Shown: positions 36,191 to 46,650 of the stretch, piece by piece
Numbering within the stretch: the stretch's first letter is position 1
How the letters are laid out: every line of letters starts with the position of its first letter
Assembly (NCBI GenBank): GCA_903867985.1
Contig: CAIPTO010000084.1
Span: 22,810-86,809 of the forward strand
DNA: 64,000 nucleotides
Direction of reading: 5' to 3'
Source: an uncultured Elusimicrobia bacterium
Lineage (GTDB): Bacteria; Elusimicrobiota; Elusimicrobia; Elusimicrobiales; UBA9959
Notes under the pieces: model-generated
Databases searched by the model: none
The model's input: the letters and a program-made list of their open reading frames with translations, nothing else
Told to the model about the DNA's origin: nothing
Program-made: the position numbers and the translations under genes

Positions 36191-38503
36191 TCAAAATTTA
36201 AAACGCAAACCTGCGCTGAAGATCTGTTCCACAAACTGCGGCCGTACCTCTGCGGAATAATCCAGGCCGGCCGTGATCAGATCGCTGCACTTCGCTGAAA
36301 TACCTATCCCGCCCAGCGCGGAATCGCGGCCGGAATCGCCCGTGGTAACGGAAAATACGGTGCCGGTCCCCGATGCCAGCCGGGCAGACATCTCCGCTTT
36401 ATCCCTGAACTCATGCCGCCAGGCAAGACTGATGTATGACGCGAGCAGTGACGAATCCACCATTACGGCATCCGAATACCTCACACCCAGGCTGGACTTC
36501 ATTGATTTTGCCGTTTGAGCGGCAACGTTAAGGTTAAGGCTTTCCGCACCCTTTTCAGTAAAGGCATCTATGTTAAGGCGATCATAGTTCAGTCCCGCGA
36601 ACAATGAAACAGGCCCCCAGCCATCATACGCGGCGCCGGCACCCATATTTATCTCATCACCGCCTGGCTTAGCGCTCGCTTTCCGGGAAATATCGCCGAA
36701 AGCGACTTTACGTTCTGTGGCAAATGAATCAGCAGCCCTGCCTGCGTACAAATTAGCGCGAAAAGCGTCTCCGTGTCCTGATACATAAAAACCGTAACGC
36801 ACACTATTATTATCAACAGTGGCGATCCCGGGTAATGAAACTGACGCCCTCCCGTCAAGATACCCACCCAAAACACCCGCCTCAAGGTGTTCGCTAAAAC
36901 GATAATCCGCGCCCATTATCAGGCCGCCGCTGTGAAATTTGTAGCCGGGCTGCTGGTCAACCTTCTTGTTGACCGTTCCGGCAGTTCCTGCCCCCGACGC
37001 AAAGAAACCCCATGGTTCCCTTGAATGCTTATTTGCGCGTTTATGGAAATTGCCGACGCCACTCCCCGTTGCGGCGGACTGAAATTCTCCTGATCCGGAC
37101 GAATGCCCGTTAATGTTATAAAAAGCTACTCCGCCGCTGTCGAAACCATCGGCCAGCGCATTCGTGCGCTGGTTGATGGCAGCGGACTGTATCCCTGCCC
37201 CAGCCAGGCCTATACCACGCATTGAAGCCAGAGAAAATGGACTTATCTGATCAAAGGCGGCGCCCAATTGGGCGGCGCTAAGGGTGTAAAGATTCCCAAG
37301 GACTGTGGCCATATCGCCTGATGGGCTGACCCGAAATGCTTCAAGGTCATTCGCAACCGCCTTCTGGTTGCGTGTCTCGGCAATATCAGAGAAAGGAACC
37401 AGCGCGGCCGTCAACACCAAGCTGGCGGAATTATATGTTGGTGTGAAAGAAATAGCGGCGGGCGCATTTATGCCGGCAAATTCGCCTGTGATAGATCCGG
37501 CTGTTATCGGAGTAAAGGTTTGTCCGGCGGTTATTATCTGCGGTGTTATTCCCACAGCCAGCGTACCGTCGGTAAGCGTTGCCGCGTTCGTTATGGCCAG
37601 ATTGGTGACGCCGGATTTCAGAGTGATTGCAAGCTTTCCTGCGCCTGAATATGAATCAATGGACTGCGTGTATGCTCCAAGCGCCAGGTCCGCACCTGAA
37701 GCCACGATAACTGCCCCGCCGGATGGCAGAGCATTATCCGCGCCAGCCTGGAGCGTGCCATAGCTTACGGTGGTACCTCCGGTGTAGGTATTGGCACCAC
37801 TGAGAACAAGCGTCCCACCTCCTGTTTTGGCGAGGCCGCCGACACCGCTTACGATTCCGGCAAGATAAAACACGCAGTTGGCGTTCGTGTCAACGGCTCC
37901 GCCGCCGGACTTAAGTATCATGCTGCGCGCAGAAGAAACATTATCGCTGATCTGCAGGATTCCGCCATCAAAAGTCAGCGTACCGGCTGAACTGCCCAGG
38001 GCGGAATCTTTCGCTATACTTATAGTTCCGTTGTTAATGACCGTTCCGCCGCTGTAAGTATTTATTTTTGTCAGGGACAATACCCCGTCGCCATCTTTGA
38101 TCAGCGAACCGGTACTGGTAAGTATCACCGCTATGCTCACAGGATTTGCGGTATTGTCGTTCCTTATTGTTATGGTCCCGGCCAGACCGAGCGTAAAGTC
38201 GTCATCCGGAGAATAAATCGTTACCGCCGAGGCAGCGTTTGTAACATCAAGCGTTGTCACCCCGTTTATATCCGGCAGACCGCTGACAATTGAAATAAGC
38301 CCTCCTGTGTATCTCCAGGTGATGCTTGTGTCCACGCCGTCGCTATTGGAGGCATTTATCGCATCCCGCAGGCTGACCAGGCCGGAACCGGCCGAATCTT
38401 CAGAGTTGTCTACATAAACAATACCGGCCCTGCATGGGACTGCCATCAGTAGCCCTGCTATTAGATAAACCGCTGTTAAAATATATTTTGTGTTTTTATG
38501 CAT
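36191..38503 (-). CDS. Autotransporter with passenger-associated beta-strand repeats
   Basis: Signal peptide; two repeats GSLIKDGDGVLSLTKINTYSGGTVI and GGLAKTGGGTLVLSGANTYTGGTTV; C-terminal barrel ending AGLRFKF. Confidence 0.88.
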   Translation of the reverse strand: MHKNTKYILTAVYLIAGLLMAVPCRAGIVYVDNSEDSAGSGLVSLRDAINASNSDGVDTSITWRYTGGLISIVSGLPDINGVTTLDVTNAASAVTIYSPDDDFTLGLAGTITIRNDNTANPVSIAVILTSTGSLIKDGDGVLSLTKINTYSGGTVINNGTISIAKDSALGSSAGTLTFDGGILQISDNVSSARSMILKSGGGAVDTNANCVFYLAGIVSGVGGLAKTGGGTLVLSGANTYTGGTTVSYGTLQAGADNALPSGGAVIVASGADLALGAYTQSIDSYSGAGKLAITLKSGVTNLAITNAATLTDGTLAVGITPQIITAGQTFTPITAGSITGEFAGINAPAAISFTPTYNSASLVLTAALVPFSDIAETRNQKAVANDLEAFRVSPSGDMATVLGNLYTLSAAQLGAAFDQISPFSLASMRGIGLAGAGIQSAAINQRTNALADGFDSGGVAFYNINGHSSGSGEFQSAATGSGVGNFHKRANKHSREPWGFFASGAGTAGTVNKKVDQQPGYKFHSGGLIMGADYRFSEHLEAGVLGGYLDGRASVSLPGIATVDNNSVRYGFYVSGHGDAFRANLYAGRAADSFATERKVAFGDISRKASAKPGGDEINMGAGAAYDGWGPVSLFAGLNYDRLNIDAFTEKGAESLNLNVAAQTAKSMKSSLGVRYSDAVMVDSSLLASYISLAWRHEFRDKAEMSARLASGTGTVFSVTTGDSGRDSALGGIGISAKCSDLITAGLDYSAEVRPQFVEQIFSAGLRFKF

Positions 38504-38575
38504 TCTTTAAATTCCTCAATTGAAAACCGTATGCCGGAGAAGACCGCGACGCTGCTGACTTCAACCCGCTGTTCA

Positions 38576-39154
38576 TCACTCCGGGTCCGAAGGCGGCGGC
38601 AATCGCCCGATTCCAAGCATAGAATCCGGCGCACCGGGGCCGTCTCTGCGGGGCGGACGCATCTCACTGATCATTTTTATCTGCTTATCTGTAAGGATCT
38701 TACGGGCTTCCAGCAGGCCTTCGAAACGATTATCCTCAAGCTGATCCGAAAGCGCCTTCATTTCGGTATGCGCTTTGCGCGCTTTATCTACGATATAATC
38801 CGGTTTGCTCAATTCTTTCATAACCGCCTCACGCTTGGCCCATATATTTTCAGCAAGCGCCGACATTTTGGCGCTGCGCGCGTCACGTAATTTCTTCAAC
38901 TCTTTCTCCTGCGCATCAGTTATGCCCAGCTCCTTTTTCATCCGGGTCATACGGGTGTTCGCGCGCTCCAGCATATCGCCACCATGCGGGCCCGGAAATC
39001 CCGCGTCGTGCCTGAAAAATCCCGTATCACCGGCACCCGGCACCTCCGGAGGCTGCTTGGCCCGGCAGGCGACCATGCATAACGCCAGCATAAGCGTTCC
39101 TGCGGTCGCAGTTAATAGGACTCTGATGTTCCTCATAAGATTGCTCCTTTTCAT
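38576..39154 (-). CDS. Spy/CpxP-family periplasmic protein (lipoprotein-like)
   Basis: LGITDAQEKELKKL, ARKILTDKQIK; signal ending VAC. Confidence 0.8.
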   Translation of the reverse strand: MKRSNLMRNIRVLLTATAGTLMLALCMVACRAKQPPEVPGAGDTGFFRHDAGFPGPHGGDMLERANTRMTRMKKELGITDAQEKELKKLRDARSAKMSALAENIWAKREAVMKELSKPDYIVDKARKAHTEMKALSDQLEDNRFEGLLEARKILTDKQIKMISEMRPPRRDGPGAPDSMLGIGRLPPPSDPE

Positions 39155-39597
39155 GAACCCAGAATATAATGTGAAGCCTGCGCGTAACTGTCGGCTTCAG
39201 CGGTATCGCCGGCAAAAAGCTCAGCGACGAAAGCCGTACCCTCTATCCCGCTTTCACTGTGTAAGGACAGGAAAGGGCGGGAAATAAAGATCAGCAGCGC
39301 CACCGCAACCGCGCCGGCTGCCAAACGCGGGATGCTGAAATACGGGCGCAGCCGCCGAAAGAAGCCCGGGACCTCACACTCTTCCGCTTTTATCCTTGAC
39401 ATGACCCGGCCGGAAAAATCGGGGGAGATCAATACGGTCTGCGGTCTGAACACCACCCCGGACAGGGCTCTCCAATCGGCGATCGCCCGCCTGCATTCGG
39501 CGCACCTTTTAAGATGAATCTCGGCATCCTCACGTTCTTCGCCCGAAAGTGCACCATCATACAGGTAAAACATATTATCCGTCTTATTACAGGCCAT
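39151..39597 (-). CDS. Anti-sigma factor (zf-HC2)
   Basis: YLYDGAL...HLKRCAEC (HxxxCxxC) plus one TM segment; adjacent to an ECF sigma factor. Confidence 0.85.
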   Translation of the reverse strand: MACNKTDNMFYLYDGALSGEEREDAEIHLKRCAECRRAIADWRALSGVVFRPQTVLISPDFSGRVMSRIKAEECEVPGFFRRLRPYFSIPRLAAGAVAVALLIFISRPFLSLHSESGIEGTAFVAELFAGDTAEADSYAQASHYILGS

Positions 39598-39616
39598 ATA
39601 TCAGCCTCCTTACGCC

Positions 39617-40153
39617 TTAGATTTTCCCCCGCTCCAGCAAATCCCGGCCCGCTTCCGCAAGCATTACACGGGCGCGCCGAAGCCTGCATCTGACAGCCTC
39701 AATCGATATATCGGTCGCCGACGCGATCTCCGCATACGACATCCCGGTGCCTTCCCTCATAACAAGTATGGCGCGGTAATCTGCTGGCAGGCCCGCAAGC
39801 GTTTGCCCGATCAGCAGGCGGTCTTCGGCGTTGACCCCGTCCGGAACCGGTTCCTCGATATCGCGCATTATCGCTACTTGTTTTTTCCCGGCATTGTCCT
39901 TTAGCATATCGGCACACAGGTTGTAAGCAATTCGATACAGCCATGTGGAGAAAGAAGCCTCAAAACGGAATTTACTAAGATTCCGGTAAGCTCTGACAAA
40001 AACTTCCTGCGCAGCATCCTCGGCTTCCGTGGGAGAGCGCAGCAGCGAAAGACAGATTGAGAACACTTTGCCCTGGTGCGCCAGTATAAGCGCGGCAAAA
40101 TCATCTGTACGTCCTTTAATAACATTTTTAATTATTTCCTTTTCATTATCCAT
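39617..40153 (-). CDS. ECF RNA polymerase sigma factor
   Basis: AEDAAQEVF, FSTWLYRIAYN, MSYAEIA, VRCRLRRAR. Start moved to the ATG at 40153. Confidence 0.9.
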   Translation of the reverse strand: MDNEKEIIKNVIKGRTDDFAALILAHQGKVFSICLSLLRSPTEAEDAAQEVFVRAYRNLSKFRFEASFSTWLYRIAYNLCADMLKDNAGKKQVAIMRDIEEPVPDGVNAEDRLLIGQTLAGLPADYRAILVMREGTGMSYAEIASATDISIEAVRCRLRRARVMLAEAGRDLLERGKI

Positions 40154-40196
40154 ATTAAGGATGCACAACGGGGCCGAGAGAAGACCGGACAATCAA

Positions 40197-40227
40197 TTAG
40201 ACCTGTTTTTTTAAAAAAAGTGTCACA
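40197..40227 (-). promoter_or_regulatory. Candidate ECF-type autoregulatory promoter
   Basis: Minus strand TGTGACAC-T7A7-CAG-GTCTAA upstream of the sigma gene, resembling ECF -35/-10 elements. Inference only. Confidence 0.3.
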
Positions 40228-40362
40228 CGCCGGCAAAACAGGCATCTCTTTGCCGCCGCGTCGCCACAACCGTCCTTCGTTAATATAACGCCAAAGCTTC
40301 TAAAATATTGCGCCGTGCAAAATTTTTGTATTTTACATGGAACTGTTTTATATAATCAATCT

Positions 40363-40734
40363 ATGGAGATATCCAAGTTCCAAAAAGCTCCGGAAGACGA
40401 TTGTATTGAGCCTGAAATAGTTTCAGGGCCAGGATCAGGCGCTCACACCGCGCGCGCCCGCCGGGAAAGCGCGCGGGATTATGAATCACCCCGCCCGGAG
40501 CCGGTCAATATTCCATTTTACGGTTTGTTCATCAAGCTGAAATTCATATTTGTTGCCGCCTTTTTTATGATAGGCTTCGGCTTCATAATCCTGGGCATGA
40601 TCCTGACCTCCACGATAATAGGCGCGATATTAGGCATCCCCCTGCTGCTTTTAGGCGGCTTCCTCCTATGGCTCCTGTTCAAGCTCCTGACCTTCGGACA
40701 AAAAAGCCAGCCCATAGTCTTCCGCAGATTTTAA
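40363..40734 (+). CDS. Small hypothetical membrane protein
   Basis: Hydrophilic N-terminus then two TM segments; TATAAT 6 nt before the ATG at 40363. Confidence 0.7.
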   Translation: MEISKFQKAPEDDCIEPEIVSGPGSGAHTARARRESARDYESPRPEPVNIPFYGLFIKLKFIFVAAFFMIGFGFIILGMILTSTIIGAILGIPLLLLGGFLLWLLFKLLTFGQKSQPIVFRRF

Positions 40735-40810
40735 TCATCCAGTCCTCCGCACATCCCGGGTGTTCCTGCCTAAAATGATATAATTGCTTATCCTGTTTTA
40801 AGGAACTGCT

Positions 40811-42505
40811 ATGTCCAAATACCTCATAACCAGCGCTCTGCCATACGCCAACGGCCCCATCCATTTCGGACACATCGCCGGAGCCTATCTGCCCGCCGAC
40901 ATCTTTAATCGCTTCCTCCGCCAGAAAGGAGAAGAAGTCATCTACATCTGCGGCACCGACGAATACGGCGTAGCTATAACGATCAACGCTGAAAAGGCCG
41001 GCGTTCCTTATAAAGAGTATGTTGACAAGAACCACGCCCTTATCAAGAAATTTTTTGACAAACTCAATATCCGCTTCGACCATTTTTCCAGGACCACAAT
41101 CCCCGAACATGCCGCTCTCGCGCAGGAATTCTTTCTGGAACTGCACAAGAAGGGCCATATCAAGCCCGCGGTGGAAGCTCAGTTCTACTGCACCACCTGC
41201 AACCGCTTCCTTGCCGACCGTTATGTTTCCGGCACCTGCCCAAAATGCGGAGCGGCCAATGTCCGCGGCGACGAGTGCACCAAGTGCGGCGAATGGCTGG
41301 ACCCGTCCAAAATAGTTTCCCCTGCCTGCAAAGTCTGCGGCAAGACGCCGGAGATCCGTCAGACAACCCAGTATTTCCTGGACCTGAAAGCTTTCGCGCC
41401 CAGACTTAAGGAATGGATAGAGAGTAAAAAGGATTGGAAGCCCAACGTTAAGAACAAGGCCCTCTCCCTTATCGAAGAAGGCCTGGTGCAGCGCGCGATA
41501 ACCCGCGACATCTCGTGGGGCGTACCTGTGCCGCTGGAGGAAGCCAAAGGCAAAGTTCTTTATGTCTGGTTCGACGCGCCCATCGGCTATATCTCCGCCA
41601 CAATGGAATGGGCGAAACTTAAAGGCAAGCCCGAAGCCTGGAAAGACTGGTGGCTGAATAAAGAGACGAAGCTCGTGCATTTTATCGGCAAAGACAATAT
41701 CATCTTCCACACCATCGTCTGGCCCGCCATGCTTCTGGGGCAGGACAAACCGTATATAATACCCGACAATGTGCCGGGCAATGAATTTTACAACCTGGAG
41801 GGCAGACAGTTCTCCAAATCTGAAGGCTGGTATATCGACACGGAAGATTTCTTTTCAAAATACGGCGTGGACGCACTTCGTTACGCTATCGCTTCCAACG
41901 GGCCGGAGACCTCGGATTCTCAGTTCACCTGGGAGGATTTCCAGGCCCGCAACAATGAACTGGCCGACAGCCTGGGGAACCTGGTCAACAGGTGCTTCTC
42001 GTTCATGAAAAAGAATTTTGAAGGGAAGATCCCGGCCATAGCTTCGGACCTTACCGCCGAAGACAAGGCGCTGCTGGACAGCTTTGGCCCGGTTTTTGAA
42101 GAGGTGGGCAAGTCCTATTATTCTTACCGGGTACGGGCCGCGCTGGCGCAAACCATGGCTCTCGCTCACGCCGCCAATAAGTATGTCAACGACACCGCCC
42201 CCTGGAAGCTCAGAAAAACGGATCTCGCTCGCTGCGGCACGGTGCTAAACGTGGCCTCGCGGGCGATAATTAACGTCGCCATACTTCTTTACCCGGTGAT
42301 ACCGGATACCGCGCTGAAGGTCCTGACCAAGGCCGGGCTTGTCCCCGACGGCAAAGTTCCGGAATTCAAGCCTTACTCCGGAGATTTAAACAACATGGCC
42401 TTAGGCGCTGACGACACGCTGCTCTTCGCCAAAATAATGGACGACCAGATAAAATTCGAAGTAGAAAAACTGAAAGCCTCCTCCAAACCACTGGCGCAAC
42501 CATAA
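40811..42505 (+). CDS. metG: Methionine--tRNA ligase (no C-terminal dimerisation / tRNA-binding domain)
   Basis: TSALPYANGPIHFGH, CxxC zinc knuckles, YVWFDAPIGY, GKDNIIFH, QFSKS. Confidence 0.96.
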   Translation: MSKYLITSALPYANGPIHFGHIAGAYLPADIFNRFLRQKGEEVIYICGTDEYGVAITINAEKAGVPYKEYVDKNHALIKKFFDKLNIRFDHFSRTTIPEHAALAQEFFLELHKKGHIKPAVEAQFYCTTCNRFLADRYVSGTCPKCGAANVRGDECTKCGEWLDPSKIVSPACKVCGKTPEIRQTTQYFLDLKAFAPRLKEWIESKKDWKPNVKNKALSLIEEGLVQRAITRDISWGVPVPLEEAKGKVLYVWFDAPIGYISATMEWAKLKGKPEAWKDWWLNKETKLVHFIGKDNIIFHTIVWPAMLLGQDKPYIIPDNVPGNEFYNLEGRQFSKSEGWYIDTEDFFSKYGVDALRYAIASNGPETSDSQFTWEDFQARNNELADSLGNLVNRCFSFMKKNFEGKIPAIASDLTAEDKALLDSFGPVFEEVGKSYYSYRVRAALAQTMALAHAANKYVNDTAPWKLRKTDLARCGTVLNVASRAIINVAILLYPVIPDTALKVLTKAGLVPDGKVPEFKPYSGDLNNMALGADDTLLFAKIMDDQIKFEVEKLKASSKPLAQP

Positions 42506-42541
42506 CACGACGGATTAATCCCCCAAAGCCGGCAGAACTTT

Positions 42542-43447
42542 TCACCCTTCAAACTCTCCAAGCAGGATCTGTTCCAGTTCCAGGTCCACACCCATCCTGG
42601 CTTTGACTTCGGCTTTGACCTTTTTAATCAGCGCGTAAATATCGCAAGCCCGGGCGTTACCGGTATTGATAATGAAGCCGGCGTGTTTTTCCGAAACCCG
42701 GGCGCCGCCTATCGCCAACCCTTTAAGTCCTGCCGCGTCTATCAGACGGGAGGCGAAGTCCCCCGCCGGGCGCTTAAACACGCTCCCGGCCGACGGGAAG
42801 TCCAGCGGCTGCTTCTCGGCGCGCGCGCCAAGAACTCCGGACCTATCCGCCTGCAAAGCGGTTATATTTTCGGCCTTGAGCCGAAACGCCGCTTTTAAAA
42901 TTATCAGTCCGGAAAGACCTTCAACTCTTCGGTAGCTGTATTTAACTTCTGACTTTCTAAAAGTTTTCACCACGCCGGATGGTTCCATCGCCTCAAAACT
43001 TTCAAGGCTATCGAAAGTTTCCTGCCCGAAAGCGCCCGCGTTCATGACTATCGCCCCCCCCACTGTCCCGGGGATACCCGATGTCTTCTCCAGACCGGAC
43101 AGACCCGCGGAAACTGAAGCTTTGACCGCGTTATCCCAGAGCGCGCCCGCTTCGGCTGTCAGAATATCGCCAAAAATCTCTAGCCTGTCCATTTTCACGG
43201 TAAGAGCGACCACGCCCCTGATGCCTTTGTCGCTAACGAGGACATTGGATCCCGCGCCCAACACCAGAAACGGGATACTGCTTTCGGCGCAAAATTTGCG
43301 CAGCCAGGCCAGGTCCGGGAGAGAAGAAGGTTTCACCAATACATCCAGCGGCCCGCCGGCCCTGTAGGTGGTGACTCCGGAAGCCGGGGAGTCGAACGCG
43401 CAGTCCGGACCGAATTTATCTTTTATCTGATTATAGGTGTCAAGCAT
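42542..43447 (-). CDS. murB: UDP-N-acetylmuramate dehydrogenase
   Basis: GAGSNVL, GIPGTVGGAIVMNAGAFG, PSAGSVFKRP, SEKHAGFIIN. Confidence 0.95.
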   Translation of the reverse strand: MLDTYNQIKDKFGPDCAFDSPASGVTTYRAGGPLDVLVKPSSLPDLAWLRKFCAESSIPFLVLGAGSNVLVSDKGIRGVVALTVKMDRLEIFGDILTAEAGALWDNAVKASVSAGLSGLEKTSGIPGTVGGAIVMNAGAFGQETFDSLESFEAMEPSGVVKTFRKSEVKYSYRRVEGLSGLIILKAAFRLKAENITALQADRSGVLGARAEKQPLDFPSAGSVFKRPAGDFASRLIDAAGLKGLAIGGARVSEKHAGFIINTGNARACDIYALIKKVKAEVKARMGVDLELEQILLGEFEG

Positions 43448-44381
43448 TGCCGCACATCCTCGCCAGTAATTTCCCTACGCCGTGCCCTCTCTCAATGTTC
43501 ACCAGGTAAACGCCAAGCATTATCAGCACTCCGCCCGCGAAAGCCACTGGAGCCACAGGCTCGCTCAGTAATATATAAGCCGACAAAAGCGTGGCAAAAG
43601 GTTCGATGTAGATAAAATATGAGGACCTGACAGGACCGATGCGCTCCACCGATTTATTCCAGAACAGATAGGCCAGCGCGGAAGACAGAAAGCTTAAATA
43701 GCCCAGGCAAAGCCAGCCTTTCGGCGTTATGGCGGCTATCTCGCCGGCCTTGCCCGACAATAGCCATATGGGCAACATGGAAGCCGCGGCCACCAGCATG
43801 GTGACAGTGGTCACTTTGGTCTGCTTCCAAAAAGTCAGCCATTTCTTGGTCATCACCACATAGCCGGCCCAGGCAACGCAGGTTCCCACAAAAATAAGAT
43901 CCGCTTTTGTCGCCGGCAAGGCTATGGCTCCGCTCCCCGTCTTCGCTTTTGAGAAGATCACAAGCAGCGTACCGATAAACCCCAGCAGAAAAGCGATTAT
44001 CCTTGGAACCCCGATGCGCTCGCCCAGCATGGCCATGGCCGCGGCCACCAGTATCGGCGTGGAAGCTATCAGCCAGCCTGCGTGGTTGGCGCTGGTATAC
44101 GAGAGGGCGTAAGCCTGCGCGTACTGCTGCGCGGACACGCCCAGGACCGACATAAAAAATATTTTCCGGATATTATTAAATTTGAAGTCTGAGGCTTTGA
44201 GGCCCGAACCGGTAAGCGGGATCAAGAGTAAAGCGCCGATAAGCGCGCGGATGGTGACAATGGTTACCGGCGAAATCTCGGTGACCAGATGCTTTGTAAA
44301 GGGATAGGCGCCCCCCCATATCACGGTGGCGAACACCACCTGGAAATAGGTCCACTTAGTTGTTTTTTCCGGTATATCCAT
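43440..44381 (-). CDS. DMT/EamA-family transporter
   Basis: Ten hydrophobic segments; IWGGAY, LGERIG, YLFWNKSVERIG. Confidence 0.88.
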   Translation of the reverse strand: MDIPEKTTKWTYFQVVFATVIWGGAYPFTKHLVTEISPVTIVTIRALIGALLLIPLTGSGLKASDFKFNNIRKIFFMSVLGVSAQQYAQAYALSYTSANHAGWLIASTPILVAAAMAMLGERIGVPRIIAFLLGFIGTLLVIFSKAKTGSGAIALPATKADLIFVGTCVAWAGYVVMTKKWLTFWKQTKVTTVTMLVAAASMLPIWLLSGKAGEIAAITPKGWLCLGYLSFLSSALAYLFWNKSVERIGPVRSSYFIYIEPFATLLSAYILLSEPVAPVAFAGGVLIMLGVYLVNIERGHGVGKLLARMCGNA

Positions 44382-44438
44382 AACACAAGCGAGCGGAGTC
44401 CCTTCACCCTTCCGGGACGCAGGCCCCGGGTAAAGAAC

Positions 44439-44469
44439 GGGGCGCCAGACTAGTTTAATCTGACGCCCC
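44439..44469 (-). terminator. Probable terminator downstream of rocD
   Basis: Minus strand GGGGCGTCAGA-9 nt-TCTGGCGCCCC followed by GTTCTTT. Confidence 0.55.
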
Positions 44470-44490
44470 CAAGCCTTTCCCTCTTTCGGA

Positions 44491-45705
44491 TCACTTGCGA
44501 AGGACTTTTTTAATCCGCCTGAAAGCCCAGTCTATTTCTTTTTTTGTGACAACCAGCGGCGGGGCGAAGCGTATGACATGGTCATGCGTTTCTTTGGCAA
44601 GAAGGCCGAGACCCATCAGTTCTTCGCAGTAAGGGCGGGCGGCGGTATCCAGCTCCACGCCGATGAGCAGACCTTTGCCCCGCACTTCCTTTATATGTTT
44701 TCCCTTGATGGTCCGCAGCTTTTCCATAAAATATTCGCCCATCTCATAGGATTGTTCCACAAGCTTTTCTTCCACGAGAACTTTTAGCGCCGTCCTGGCT
44801 ACCGCGCAGGCCAGCGGGTTTCCGCCGAAGGTGCTTCCGTGGTCTCCGGGGTTGAACACTCCAAGTATCTCCCTGGAGGCAACCACGGCCGATATCGGCA
44901 TGACGCCCCCGCCCAGGGCCTTGCCCATCACTATCATGTCGGGTTTTACATTTTCATAGTCGCAGGCGAATTTCTTACCGGTCCTGCCGAAGCCGGTCTG
45001 AATCTCGTCGGCTACGAAGAGGATATTATTAGCCTTGCACAGGTCATACGCGGCCTTGAGATAACCGGCCGGCGGCACTATTATCCCGGCCTCCCCCTGA
45101 ATAGGCTCCACCATAAACGCGACGGTATTGGGATTGACAGCGGCTTTAAGCTCGTCGATATTGCCGTAGGAGACTATCTTAAAACCGGGCGTGAAGGGCC
45201 CGAAACCGTCCCGGTACTGCGGCTCGGTTGAGAATGAGACGATGGAGATGGTCCTGCCGTGAAAATTATTGGAACACACTATTATCTCGGCCTTGCCTTC
45301 CTCCACGCCTTTTACTTTATAGCCCCATTTGCGCACGGTCTTAAGCGCGGTCTCCACGGCTTCAGCGCCGGAGTTCATGGGCAGGGCCATGTCGTAGCCG
45401 GTAAATTCGCAGAGTTCCTTCAGAAACGGGCCGAGCTGGTCGTTGTTGAACGCCCGCGAAGTCAGCGTTACTTTTTTCGCCTGCTCGGTAAGGGATTTTA
45501 TCACTCTGGGGTGCCTGTGTCCGTGGTTCAGCGCGGAATAGGCGCTGAGCATATCCATGTACTTTTTACCTTCGGGGTCCTTCACCCAGACGCCCTTGGC
45601 CTGCGATATCACTATCGGCAGGGGATGATAGTTATTGGCGCCGTAGTGCTCGGCTGTCTCGATGAGTTTGCGGCTTTCGGCATTTTCCGTCTGATCAGTA
45701 TCCAT
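44491..45705 (-). CDS. rocD: Ornithine--oxo-acid transaminase
   Basis: [62 protein letters not shown]. Confidence 0.95.
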   Translation of the reverse strand: MDTDQTENAESRKLIETAEHYGANNYHPLPIVISQAKGVWVKDPEGKKYMDMLSAYSALNHGHRHPRVIKSLTEQAKKVTLTSRAFNNDQLGPFLKELCEFTGYDMALPMNSGAEAVETALKTVRKWGYKVKGVEEGKAEIIVCSNNFHGRTISIVSFSTEPQYRDGFGPFTPGFKIVSYGNIDELKAAVNPNTVAFMVEPIQGEAGIIVPPAGYLKAAYDLCKANNILFVADEIQTGFGRTGKKFACDYENVKPDMIVMGKALGGGVMPISAVVASREILGVFNPGDHGSTFGGNPLACAVARTALKVLVEEKLVEQSYEMGEYFMEKLRTIKGKHIKEVRGKGLLIGVELDTAARPYCEELMGLGLLAKETHDHVIRFAPPLVVTKKEIDWAFRRIKKVLRK

Positions 45706-45771
45706 TATTCCTCCAGTTTTGGGTCGTAAAACGTAAAGCGGAAATCGGAAAGAGTCGGGAATGACAATTCC

Positions 45772-46509
45772 TTAGAACTTTACCCCTAGACCAGCCTGAT
45801 AACCAGCGACCCCGTGCAGTATACTGTAGGCGCCGAAGACGTAGGTCAGAGGGAAGGGTGTCACCTTCAGGCCCACAGTACAGCGGCTCCCCGTCGCGGT
45901 GGCCGAAGTGCCGTTGAGCGCCGCGGAGACGCCTGTCACTTCAATTTTCGTCCTGTCGTAGCCGATCCCGGCGAAAGGTTTTATGACCGGTATATCCAGC
46001 GAGGCCGACACATCGAAGGACATGTGGCTGCCTTTAAAGTAGGTGTAATTTATCGCGTCATAGAAGGCGGAAACCGCTACGTCCGGGATGAATTTGGTAA
46101 GAGTCCCGCTTTTCAGAAGCGGATAGCGCAGACCGCCGCCGATGACGGACAGACTGGCGTAACTCATACCCCTGAGAGCTATATCCGCGCCGACTACCGG
46201 CAAACCTACGGAAGCCTGAAGTAAGGGTAAGCCGAAAGCATTAACGCGCGCGTTCCGGAGTATGCGATTGGAGTCGCTGGGCTTGGTCTGCACCACGGCT
46301 GAAAATCCGACATCAAAGCCGGGGAAACCGACCGCGCGGCCAGAACTGAAATCCGAACCGCCGATAAGTCCTCCAAAATCCTTCGCGAAAGGCTTTATAT
46401 AGCCATCCTGTACTGTTTTAAAATTAGAAAAAGGGCCGGCCATCGCCACCCCGTTAAACATAAAACCCGAAATTAAAACAGCCGGCGCGAATTTTATAAA
46501 CCGCTTCAT
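45772..46509 (-). CDS. Hypothetical outer-membrane beta-barrel protein
   Basis: Signal peptide, amphipathic beta-strands and C-terminal GLGVKF. Confidence 0.7.
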   Translation of the reverse strand: MKRFIKFAPAVLISGFMFNGVAMAGPFSNFKTVQDGYIKPFAKDFGGLIGGSDFSSGRAVGFPGFDVGFSAVVQTKPSDSNRILRNARVNAFGLPLLQASVGLPVVGADIALRGMSYASLSVIGGGLRYPLLKSGTLTKFIPDVAVSAFYDAINYTYFKGSHMSFDVSASLDIPVIKPFAGIGYDRTKIEVTGVSAALNGTSATATGSRCTVGLKVTPFPLTYVFGAYSILHGVAGYQAGLGVKF

Positions 46510-46634
46510 TATAGCCTCCAGACTTAACTATACCCCTCTGTCTTCTATTATTACAAAAAAACACCAAAAATAAAAGCCGGAGCCGTCCCAGAATCCTCCG
46601 CTAAAATTAAATTAAAACGGTGACAAGTATACAT

Positions 46635-46650
46635 TGGAGCGGGCGGCGGG
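46635..46650 (-). other. 3'-terminal 16 nt of a tRNA-Gly-like gene (att-like remnant; not an intact tRNA)
   Basis: Minus strand CCCGC-CGCCCGC-T-CCA equals T-stem 3' strand + acceptor 3' strand + U73 + CCA, typical of tRNA-Gly. The 5' part of the tRNA is absent. Confidence 0.55.

Noticed and set aside
44382-44490. TPP-like riboswitch upstream of the EamA transporter (GCCTGCGT on the minus strand)
   Set aside because: No CTGAGA or ACCTGA core; the main stem is better explained as the rocD terminator.
45725-45770. Possible heptamer array (cggaaat cggaaag ... cgggaat) upstream of rocD
   Set aside because: Only two to three loose units and no convincing inverted arm.
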